Origin: Flavobacteriales bacterium
GTDB lineage: Bacteria; Bacteroidota; Bacteroidia; Flavobacteriales_F; PHOS-HE28
Assembly: GCA_016718655.1 (NCBI GenBank)
Contig: JADKCV010000015.1
Location: forward strand, 26,963 to 90,962
Reading direction: 5' to 3'
Length of the DNA stretch: 64,000 nucleotides
In this document: one piece after another, positions 39,686 through 48,427 of the stretch
How positions within the stretch are numbered: position 1 is the stretch's first letter
Layout of the letters: every line of letters starts with the position of its first letter
Program-made: the position numbers and the translations under genes
The notes under the pieces: model-generated
Told to the model about the DNA's origin: nothing
The model's input: only the letters and a program-made list of their open reading frames with translations
Database searches by the model: none

Positions 39686-41779
39686 ATGAACCATTCGACC
39701 CTCTCGTTCGCGCAGATCCTGCTGGGCAGCGCGCTCTTGGCCACTGCCCTTCCCGTCACCGCCCAATTCGATGTGGACCACCCATGTGGTGCCAATGAGT
39801 TGCACCGTCTGTTGGGCGAACGTGCATCCGACCCTGCTTTGCTTGCTCGGATCGAGGCTGACGATGCCGCTTTGGAGGCATTCACACGGGCATTTGAACA
39901 AGATCACGAACGGGGAGGAGGCAGTACCTACATCATCCCGGTGGTGTTCCACATCATCCATAACAATGGACCGGAGAACATCCAGGATGCGCAGATCCTG
40001 GATGCCGTTCGTATCCTGAACGAGGACTTCAACAAGGAGAACGCGGATTGGGATAACGTGGTTCCTGCGTTCCTGGATATCGTTGGGGACGTTAACATCG
40101 AGTTCCGACTGGCCCAGAAGGACCCTAACGGCAATTGCACCAAGGGCATTACGCGCACCGTATCCACATTGACCAACGCTGGTGACCAGTCCATGAAGGA
40201 CCTGATCCAATGGCCACGCAACCGTTACCTGAACGTTTGGGTGGCGGCTTCTGCGGACGGGGCGGCAGGCTACACCTTCCGACCGAATGCCGTGAATCTC
40301 TTTCCGGAGGGTGACGGGATCGTCATTCAACATACCTACACGGGAAGCATCAATACCAGCACCGCTGGTCGTTCAAGGGCACTTACTCATGAAGTGGGCC
40401 ACTGGTTGAACTTGGCCCATACATGGGGCAACAGCAATGAGCCCGGTCTGGCTTCCAATTGCAATGAGGACGATAGCGTCTCGGATACCCCCAACACCAT
40501 CGGATGGACAAGTTGCACCCTGAATGGAACCACCTGTGGTTCCTTGGACAATGTGGAGAATTTCATGGAGTACTCCTATTGTTCGAAAATGTTCACCGCG
40601 GGACAGTCCACCCGGATGATCGCCGCATTGAACTCGAATACGGCGCAACGCAGCCAACTCTGGCAGGCCTCGAACCTGACGTTCACGGGAGTTGCGAGCG
40701 AGCCCCAGTTGTGTGCCGCACAGTTCAGCAGTAATACACGCACCATCTGTGCCGGCAGCAGTGTCGATTTCATCGACGAGAGTTTCAACTCGGTAAGCAC
40801 CAGGAACTGGTCCTTCCCAGGCGGGGAGCCAGCCACCAGTGCCGAACTTGAAGCATCGGTGACCTATGCAGTTCCCGGGGTCTATCCAGTGACCCTCACC
40901 GTGTCGGATGGGGTCAACACATTGGTGAATGAGACCGTGAACTACATCACCGTGTTGTCGGATCCAGGTGCCGAAGCACCGGATACCGAGGACTTCGAAG
41001 CACTCGGTTCGGTGCCGGGTGGCCAGTGGGCCGTGGCCAACATCAACGCCGACAATACCTTCACCATCACCGATTTGGCTTCGGTATCCGGCACGCGCAG
41101 TGCACGGATCGTGAATTCCTCATCCATGGCAGGACGTTTGGACGAGCTGATCTCCGGCACCTACGACATGAGCGATGCTTCGCAGATCGTGATCACCTTC
41201 AAGTATGCCTTCGCCCGTCGGGTCACGGCGAATGATGATCGCTTGCGCCTTCTGGTATCCAACAATTGTGGACAGACATGGTCCGTACGCAAGCAGCTCA
41301 GGGGAACGATCGATCTGGCAACGGCCCCCAACACCTCTGGCAGTTTCGTACCCACGGCTGCTCAATGGAGCGAAGCGCAGTCGAGCGCTATGAGCTCGAT
41401 CTATCACGTAAGTGATTTCCGGTTCAAGTTCGAGTTCGAGAGCGATGGAGGGAACAATGTCTACATCGATGACATCAATTTGAACGGCTACCCCACCACC
41501 ATCGGGGAGGTAAGCACGATCGGGGGTGCCGGCCTCAGTGTTCAGCCGAACCCCGCTTCCGGTCAGGCCTTGGTAGCATTCCAATTGGAACGTTCCGAGC
41601 GCATCGCGTTGGACCTGCTGGACGTGACAGGTCGTGTGGTACGCATGATCGAACGAACCGAATTGGCACCGGGGACACATTCGAATGCCTTGGATGTGAA
41701 CGACTTGCTTCCAGGGGTGTATTTCGTTCGACTGCAAGGTGAAGCAAGGCAAGAGGTGGTGCGTCTGGTCGTGCAGTGA
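39686..41779 (+). CDS. M43 zinc metalloprotease paralog with choice-of-anchor-J domain and T9SS C-terminal domain
   Basis: Start MNHSTLSFAQILLGSALLATA; HEVGHWLNLAHTWG; C-terminal ...GVYFVRLQGEARQEVVRLVVQ; about 75% nt identity to the upstream copy in conserved blocks. Confidence 0.85.
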   Translation: MNHSTLSFAQILLGSALLATALPVTAQFDVDHPCGANELHRLLGERASDPALLARIEADDAALEAFTRAFEQDHERGGGSTYIIPVVFHIIHNNGPENIQDAQILDAVRILNEDFNKENADWDNVVPAFLDIVGDVNIEFRLAQKDPNGNCTKGITRTVSTLTNAGDQSMKDLIQWPRNRYLNVWVAASADGAAGYTFRPNAVNLFPEGDGIVIQHTYTGSINTSTAGRSRALTHEVGHWLNLAHTWGNSNEPGLASNCNEDDSVSDTPNTIGWTSCTLNGTTCGSLDNVENFMEYSYCSKMFTAGQSTRMIAALNSNTAQRSQLWQASNLTFTGVASEPQLCAAQFSSNTRTICAGSSVDFIDESFNSVSTRNWSFPGGEPATSAELEASVTYAVPGVYPVTLTVSDGVNTLVNETVNYITVLSDPGAEAPDTEDFEALGSVPGGQWAVANINADNTFTITDLASVSGTRSARIVNSSSMAGRLDELISGTYDMSDASQIVITFKYAFARRVTANDDRLRLLVSNNCGQTWSVRKQLRGTIDLATAPNTSGSFVPTAAQWSEAQSSAMSSIYHVSDFRFKFEFESDGGNNVYIDDINLNGYPTTIGEVSTIGGAGLSVQPNPASGQALVAFQLERSERIALDLLDVTGRVVRMIERTELAPGTHSNALDVNDLLPGVYFVRLQGEARQEVVRLVVQ

Positions 41780-41798
41780 ATCCGTTGATGTCCAACTT

Positions 41799-41825
41799 GG
41801 AAGGGGTCCTTGCGAGGACCCCTTC
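41799..41825 (+). terminator. terminator hairpin after the M43 tandem
   Basis: GGAAGGGGTCC-TTGCGA-GGACCCCTTC perfect 11-bp stem 20 nt after the stop; no U-tract. Confidence 0.5.
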
Positions 41826-42082
41826 TCGCATGCAGTGATCGTTGTGTGACGAGGCGTTGAGATATCCTTCCTTCAAAACCTTCAAGGAGTGGTCCTGGGG
41901 AACCCTGTATGAACCCAACGACCTGATACAGGCCGGAATTCGTTCCTCGCCGGGGCATTGAACAGTTCCAGTTGTGGGGACCAGACCGCCCCGAGGAAAG
42001 GTGCCTCTAGGCTGGTAAGGGGCTGGAATGGAGCGGTCCCGACCAATGCCGGTACCGCTCCATGAAGGAATGCTGCACTGGG

Positions 42083-42523
42083 CTATTCCATGAATCCGAC
42101 CATGATCGCCACGCATCCCACATGGACCATCTCGTTCTTTCCTTGCGTGGGGACCCATACCACGAGTTTCATCTGCATGGTGGTGGCCACCTTCAGGTCG
42201 AAATTCGGTTTGGGTTCATCCGCTAAACTTTCGAATACGATCTTGTTGTTGCTGTCCACCAGTTTCCAATTGACCTCGCCAAGGATCGGGTGGGCGCAGA
42301 CCATCACCCGGTAATCCTGACCACTGTAGAACGTCAGGTTGACCTCGGCCTCCTCACCTGGGGCCAATTGGGCGGAATTGAAGGTCTCATTGAACTTGTA
42401 TGGCGCCAGACCGGGAACGCACTTGTTCTTGGCGAAGCTTCGGCATTGGGCCTGTGCATTGCCTGCCAGCAAAAGGAACGCGCCGACCATGGACGCTTGG
42501 ATGAACGTGTTGCGAGTGAGCAT
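42083..42523 (-). CDS. secreted hypothetical protein (4 Cys)
   Basis: Start MLTRNTFIQASMVGAFLLLAGNAQA; 8 bp downstream of the preceding lipoprotein gene. Confidence 0.5.
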   Translation of the reverse strand: MLTRNTFIQASMVGAFLLLAGNAQAQCRSFAKNKCVPGLAPYKFNETFNSAQLAPGEEAEVNLTFYSGQDYRVMVCAHPILGEVNWKLVDSNNKIVFESLADEPKPNFDLKVATTMQMKLVVWVPTQGKNEMVHVGCVAIMVGFME

Positions 42524-42530
42524 GGCAGGG

Positions 42531-43418
42531 TCAGTTGATATAGGAATTCCGAACAGCAGCCGCCTTCTCCCGTATCGCCGCCAGTTGTTCGTCATTGATG
42601 GAGGAAGGTTTGGAATCACCACCGATCAAGGCAACACCATTCTCCTGGGTCACCGTGGTGGAACCTCCACCTACCGGGACATCAGCAAAGAGGGTCTCCA
42701 ATGCCTTCAGGTCGGCCATTACAGTGCTGAGGGCAGGATCATCGAGCTCATAACTGCTGATCAAGGCGATGAGATCGACCAGGGAAAGTTTCTGTTCGGC
42801 GATGCGCTGCCGGAGCTCGGGAGAATCGTTGGTCAATGAAACCTGCGTGGCTATGTACAAACCTTCCATCCACCCTCCTGCGATCATCAAGGCGCTGATG
42901 TTGTCGCGGCCATTCTCCTTCAGATACGCATCCACGTTCCAATAGGTCTCACTGATCACATCAAGAAGTGCGTCCCGATCGCCCATGTTCTTCTCCATGA
43001 GCTCAAGCGTGCTGTCGTTGAACGCACTGATAACACCGAGTCGATCGGCCAGTTTCTTGGAGCACGAGGTGTAGAACATGCTTTCCTGTGTATGGTTGAA
43101 CACACTGGCATAGCTAAGGTCGGCACCATACACACCCAGGTTGAGCGCCTGTTCACTGGCCGTCGTGTAGGTATCGACCTTCTTCACATCGTTCAGGATC
43201 TTGCTGTTGTACGTAGCACCTGCTTTTTGGAGCAACGCAGCCGTCTCCATGGGTGAAGGGATACTGTAGAAGATGTTACGTGTCCGCTTGAGGCGATCGG
43301 CCTGCAGGACGCTATCCTCCGTATTCACCACGTTCAGTTCGTCGGTCGGCTGTGTTCCGCTTCCGCATGCGGAAAGCAAGGCCACGGCGATCAGCAAGTG
43401 CCAGGAAAAGGTGCGCAT
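42531..43418 (-). CDS. hypothetical alpha-helical lipoprotein
   Basis: Lipobox LLSACGSG; 60 bp downstream of polA on the same strand. Confidence 0.55.
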   Translation of the reverse strand: MRTFSWHLLIAVALLSACGSGTQPTDELNVVNTEDSVLQADRLKRTRNIFYSIPSPMETAALLQKAGATYNSKILNDVKKVDTYTTASEQALNLGVYGADLSYASVFNHTQESMFYTSCSKKLADRLGVISAFNDSTLELMEKNMGDRDALLDVISETYWNVDAYLKENGRDNISALMIAGGWMEGLYIATQVSLTNDSPELRQRIAEQKLSLVDLIALISSYELDDPALSTVMADLKALETLFADVPVGGGSTTVTQENGVALIGGDSKPSSINDEQLAAIREKAAAVRNSYIN

Positions 43419-43477
43419 CGTGTTGGGTCGGTTGGGAGGAGAGTACCGTGTAAAGGTCCACGCCAGCGAGGCTTCGC

Positions 43478-46345
43478 TCAGTGCGCTTCAAGCCAGTTTT
43501 TCCCCATGTCCATGTCAACAACGAGCGGTACATCGAGGGTGAGGGCATGCTCCATGAGGTCCTTGACGAGGCCTTGAACGACATTCATCTCCTCAAGTTT
43601 CACATCGAAGACCAATTCGTCATGTACTTGAAGGAGCAATTTGCTTTTCAATCCCTGCTCCTTCAACTGCTGATGAATGCGGACCATTGCCACTTTGATG
43701 ATATCCGCGGCCGACCCTTGCATGGGTGCATTGATCGCGATCCGCTCGGCCTGAGCGCGCACCGTGTTGTTCGCACTGGTGATGTCCGGCAAGTATCGAC
43801 GGCGTCCCATCAGCGTTCTGATGTAACCATGGGTTCGGCAGAACCCGATCATCTCATCCATGTAGTTCCGCACCCCCGGGAACTGCGCGAAATAGTCATC
43901 GATGATCTGTTTTGCCTCGGTTCGGGGGATGCCCAGGTTCTGGCTCAGTCCGAAGGCACCTTGCCCATAGGCGATCCCGAAGTTCACCGCCTTGGCCCTG
44001 CTTCGTTGCTCACGGGTGACCGCCGTGATATCGACGTTGAACACCTTGGCAGCCGTGGCGGCATGGATATCAAGCCCATTTCGGAAGGCTTCCTGCATGT
44101 TCTTGTCACCACTCATATGAGCGATGATCCGGAGTTCGATCTGGCTATAATCCGCGCTGAGCAACAGGTGATCGGCGTCCCGAGGCACGAACGCCTTCCG
44201 GATCTCACGGCCCTTCTCCGTCCGGATGGGGATGTTCTGCAGGTTGGGGTCGTTGCTGGCCAGACGGCCGGTCGCTGCCACCGTTTGCAAGTAGCTGGTA
44301 TGTACGCGGTGCGTAATGGGGTCTGCCGCCTCTGGCAGCGTATCCACGTAGGTGCCTTTCAATTTGCGCAGGCTGCGATAGTCCAGGATGAGAGGGATGA
44401 TGGGGTGCGCCGCGCTCAACTCCTGCAGGATGTCCTCGCTCGTCTGGTATTGACCTGTCTTGGCGGTCTTCTTCACCTTATCGCCCCCGAGCTTCAGGGT
44501 CTCGAAGAGGACGTCGCCGAGCTGCTTGGGACTATCGATGTTGAATGACACCCCGCACAGGAGGTGGATCTGTTCCTGTAGTCGGACGAGTTCCACGCCG
44601 AGTTCTTCACCGAATTGCTTCAACGCGGGGATATCGATGCGGATGCCCTCGGTCTCCATATCCGCGAGCACTTGCACCAACGGCATCTCCACTTCATTGA
44701 ATAACGCGGTGACCTCATCCTCAGCGAGCAAGGGTTCCAGTTCGCCTGCGAGTTGCCAGGTGATATCAGCATCCTCGGCGGCGTATTCCTTCACCAACCC
44801 GGGATCCACATCGCGCATGCTCTTCTGCACCTTGCCCCGGCCCTTTTCACCGATCAGCGTGCTGATGCTCACAGGCCGGTAGCCGAGATAGGTCTCACTG
44901 AGAAAGTCCATGCCGTGCTTCTGCACATCAGGCTTCAACAGGAAGTGCGCCACCATGGTATCGAACAGTGGTCCCCTCACCCTCACCCCGTACTTGGCCA
45001 ACACCCGGATGTCGTACTTGGCGTTCTGGGCCACCTTTCCGATGCCCTCATTCTCCAGAACGGGCTTGAATATGTCCACAATGCGCTGAGCTTCAATGCG
45101 GTCCTCAGGAATGGGCACATAGTGACCCTCATGCGGCTTCCAACTGAAGGCGAGCCCCACGAGTTCGGCAGCGCGTTCGTCCGTGCTGGTCGTCTCCGTA
45201 TCAAAGCAGAAACGCGGTTGCTTTTTCAACTGCGCGGCAAGCATGTACAGATCCTCGTTGCTGTGGGCAAGGAAATAGCGATGCGGCACCGTATCGATGG
45301 TGGCCAAATCGGCAAGTTCCACATGCCCCGTCCCATCGACGCTACTGCCAAAAAGGTCCACTTGACCTGGGTTCGACACCGATCGGGCCTTTGGGCCCGC
45401 TTTCGCCGCAGGTGTAGTAGAGGCAGGCTCAGTGCCCAAAACCCGGTTCACCAGGGTCTTGAACTCCAACTCGCTGAACACCTCCAATACCTTTTCCGGG
45501 TCAGGTGGGTCGAGGTGAAGGGCATCATGGTCGAGTTCCACAGGCGCATCGATGATGATGGTGGCCAGCATCTTGCTCATCCGGCCTTGTTCAGCAAATG
45601 CGATGACGTTCTCCTGCTGCTTGCCCTTCAACTTGTCGGCATTCTCAAGCACACCCTCCAGACTGCCGAATTGCTGGATAAGCTTGATCGCGGTCTTCTC
45701 ACCAATGCCTGGAATGCCAGGGATGTTGTCCACCGCATCACCCATGAGACCGAGTATGTCCTTCACCTGGTCGGTCCGTTCCAATCCCCAGCGTTCGCAT
45801 ATCTCCTTCGGACCCAGCTTTTCAGGAGGCTCCCCGCCACGGCCGGGCTTGTACATGATGATCCGTTCGGTGACCAGTTGACCGAAATCCTTGTCAGGCG
45901 TGACCATGAACGTGGTGTACCCCTGTATCTCGGCCTTCTTCGCCAGTGTGCCGATCACATCATCCGCCTCATATCCATCGGCCTCGAGCACCGGGATCCG
46001 CATCGCTTCGATGATCCTGCGGATGAACGGGACATTACTTCGGATATCATCGGGCATCTCCTCCCGATTGGCCTTGTATTCGAGAAGGGTCTCGTGGCGT
46101 CCTGTAGGTGCCGCCGTGTCGAACACGACCGCGATGTGTGTGGGTCTCTCACGCTTGATCAGATCGAGCAAGGTGGTGGTGAAGCCGAACGCCGCGCTCG
46201 TATTGAACCCCTTGCTGTTCACCCGCGGAGCTCGAATGAAGCTGAAATAGGCCCGATAGATCAGGGCATAGGCATCCAAAAGAAACAATCTTTTATCCTC
46301 ATTTTCAGACACTTGCGTGGTCATCGAGGGGGTCTCTTGGCTCAT
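43478..46345 (-). CDS. polA: DNA polymerase I
   Basis: 955 aa; 5'-3' exonuclease, 3'-5' exonuclease and family-A polymerase motifs (DYSQIELRI, KxxxFGxxYG). Confidence 0.95.
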   Translation of the reverse strand: MSQETPSMTTQVSENEDKRLFLLDAYALIYRAYFSFIRAPRVNSKGFNTSAAFGFTTTLLDLIKRERPTHIAVVFDTAAPTGRHETLLEYKANREEMPDDIRSNVPFIRRIIEAMRIPVLEADGYEADDVIGTLAKKAEIQGYTTFMVTPDKDFGQLVTERIIMYKPGRGGEPPEKLGPKEICERWGLERTDQVKDILGLMGDAVDNIPGIPGIGEKTAIKLIQQFGSLEGVLENADKLKGKQQENVIAFAEQGRMSKMLATIIIDAPVELDHDALHLDPPDPEKVLEVFSELEFKTLVNRVLGTEPASTTPAAKAGPKARSVSNPGQVDLFGSSVDGTGHVELADLATIDTVPHRYFLAHSNEDLYMLAAQLKKQPRFCFDTETTSTDERAAELVGLAFSWKPHEGHYVPIPEDRIEAQRIVDIFKPVLENEGIGKVAQNAKYDIRVLAKYGVRVRGPLFDTMVAHFLLKPDVQKHGMDFLSETYLGYRPVSISTLIGEKGRGKVQKSMRDVDPGLVKEYAAEDADITWQLAGELEPLLAEDEVTALFNEVEMPLVQVLADMETEGIRIDIPALKQFGEELGVELVRLQEQIHLLCGVSFNIDSPKQLGDVLFETLKLGGDKVKKTAKTGQYQTSEDILQELSAAHPIIPLILDYRSLRKLKGTYVDTLPEAADPITHRVHTSYLQTVAATGRLASNDPNLQNIPIRTEKGREIRKAFVPRDADHLLLSADYSQIELRIIAHMSGDKNMQEAFRNGLDIHAATAAKVFNVDITAVTREQRSRAKAVNFGIAYGQGAFGLSQNLGIPRTEAKQIIDDYFAQFPGVRNYMDEMIGFCRTHGYIRTLMGRRRYLPDITSANNTVRAQAERIAINAPMQGSAADIIKVAMVRIHQQLKEQGLKSKLLLQVHDELVFDVKLEEMNVVQGLVKDLMEHALTLDVPLVVDMDMGKNWLEAH

Positions 46346-46503
46346 GGGACCAAGATAGGCAGCCTCCCGATGGAAAGGAGGTCAGTGGGAGCACGAGCCC
46401 TCGCATGGGCGGTGAGAACGGTAAAATTTCTGGACCCGGACCACCATTGTTCATATCTTTCGTCTTCGCTTACGAGCGATGACACGCATGATCAGGTAAC
46501 GAC

Positions 46504-48258
46504 ATGTACCCCGTTCCACGGTTCTTCCTTGGTCGAGCGGCCTTTCTCTCCCGTGTTCTTTTGACACTGGGGGTGCTGTCGTTGAACGTTGCTCGGGCTG
46601 ACCACTACTCTGGCGCGAGCATCACGTATGCCTGCCAGACCGGTAATCAATACAAGATCTACCTGGACCTTTACTTGGATTGTGCCGGTACTCCATTGAC
46701 CCCTCAGAGCTTGTATTTCTCGAATGCGTGTGGGGTCGTATTCACCTTGAACAACCTGGTGCCGGTATCGACGACCGAGGTGTCCCCCCTTTGCCCATCA
46801 CAGCTGGCGAATAGCACGTGTAGTGGTGGCGCGCTGCCCAGCTTTCGCAGGCACCGCTTCGAAGTGACCCTGTTCCTTTCACCTTGTGCCATTGGCCCTT
46901 GGAAAGTGGAGTGGTTCCTCTGCTGCCGGAATACCATGGTGAACTTGGCCAACGTGCCTGGGATCTACGCACAAGCCACCGTACAGCATGAGGCTGGTGT
47001 ATGTGATGCTTCCCCGGTTTTCGTGGATAGCGGTATCCCCTACGTCTGTGTCGGTGAACCGGTTTCATACAACCCTGGTGTATCGGACCCGAACGGGAAC
47101 AATATGGTGTTCTCCTTGATCGATGCCCGGTTCGGAGCGCCTGCACCGACACCGGTCTCCTATGCTGCGGGATTCACCGGTGCGTCGCCTTTCCCGGGGA
47201 TCACCATCCAACCGACCACGGGCCAGTTGAATTTCACACCGACCGTGACCGGGAACTATGTGGTGGTCATCGAGGTGGCGACCTATGATGTGAATGGCGT
47301 GCTGATCGGAAGGGTCATGCGGGATCTGATGTTCGTGGTGATCATCTGTGACGAGAACCCACCAGCCTCCTCCAATATCACGAACCAGACCCCAGGGTTG
47401 GAGATCGGACCCAATAGCATCGGAGTGTGTAACGGACAATCGTTCTGTGCGGAGGTGATCTTTACCGACCCGAATCCGACCAGTGTGATCACAGTGACCT
47501 CCAATGCCCTGACCTTGTTACCCGGTGCAACCTTCACGGTAACGGGTACCAACCCCGCTGCCGCACGCATATGCTGGGTGGGCAATCTGGCAGCCCTTCC
47601 GGTGAACGTGTTCATACAAGGCAATGACGGGGCCTGTCCCATTCCCAATATCAACTCGCGGTCCATCCTGGTTGGTGATTGCCTCAGCCCGCTGCCGATC
47701 ACGTTGATCGAATTCCGAGCAAGGTCAAGGCCTGAGGACGTATTGTTGGAATGGGTGACCGCTACGGAAACGGACAACAAGGAGTTCATCATCGAACGTA
47801 GCGCCGATGGGATCTTGTTCCTACCGATCGGTTCCGTGCCTGGCTCGGGATATTCCCAGGAACGTCTTGATTATGCTTGGCCGGACCGTGATCCCTTGCC
47901 AATGGCAGCCTATTACCGCCTTCGCCAGACCGACGCTGATGGTAGTTCCACCTTGAGCGATGTGGTGGTGGCCGGCAGGACCAAGGGTGGGCCTTCTCCC
48001 ATGGTCACCAAGTTGACCGATGGTGCATGGTGGTTATCGCTTATCGACGGGGCCATTACGTGGCACATCCATGACTTGGCCGGGCGCACGCTTGCTGAAG
48101 GCGTTTCGCCCGAAGGGGGAGGCACGAAGCTCTCGTACCCAGAAGGCTACGGGGTCCAACTGCTCACCGTGATCGGGCCGGACGGGATACCTGTGAGCGC
48201 ACTTCTGCCCGGCGGAGCGTTACCCGGTACATCGATCCTCATGGGCAGTACCCGTTGA
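46504..48258 (+). CDS. secreted Cys-rich (>15 Cys) adhesin-like protein with FN3/Ig-like domain and degenerate T9SS-like C-terminus
   Basis: Signal peptide; ITYACQTGNQYKIYLDLYLDCAG disulfide-rich N-region; C-terminal WHIHDLAGRTLAEG...GVQLLTV strand pattern. Confidence 0.6.
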   Translation: MYPVPRFFLGRAAFLSRVLLTLGVLSLNVARADHYSGASITYACQTGNQYKIYLDLYLDCAGTPLTPQSLYFSNACGVVFTLNNLVPVSTTEVSPLCPSQLANSTCSGGALPSFRRHRFEVTLFLSPCAIGPWKVEWFLCCRNTMVNLANVPGIYAQATVQHEAGVCDASPVFVDSGIPYVCVGEPVSYNPGVSDPNGNNMVFSLIDARFGAPAPTPVSYAAGFTGASPFPGITIQPTTGQLNFTPTVTGNYVVVIEVATYDVNGVLIGRVMRDLMFVVIICDENPPASSNITNQTPGLEIGPNSIGVCNGQSFCAEVIFTDPNPTSVITVTSNALTLLPGATFTVTGTNPAAARICWVGNLAALPVNVFIQGNDGACPIPNINSRSILVGDCLSPLPITLIEFRARSRPEDVLLEWVTATETDNKEFIIERSADGILFLPIGSVPGSGYSQERLDYAWPDRDPLPMAAYYRLRQTDADGSSTLSDVVVAGRTKGGPSPMVTKLTDGAWWLSLIDGAITWHIHDLAGRTLAEGVSPEGGGTKLSYPEGYGVQLLTVIGPDGIPVSALLPGGALPGTSILMGSTR

Positions 48259-48375
48259 ACCGGAAGTTCGGTCAGGAACTCTCCCATGGCGTCCACTTGA
48301 AGACGTCGTGGCCGTTGATCCTGCTTCGAACGACTCCCCGAGGACGGTTGAACGGTCAACGCTTATGCCGGAACG

Positions 48376-48409
48376 AAAGAGCCCCCACCCGAACGGGCGA
48401 GGGCTCTTT
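48376..48409. terminator. bidirectional terminator between convergent T9SS cargo genes
   Basis: AAAGAGCCC-N16-GGGCTCTTT perfect 9-bp inverted repeat. Confidence 0.6.
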
Positions 48410-48427
48410 CCTACAATTATCGTGGGG

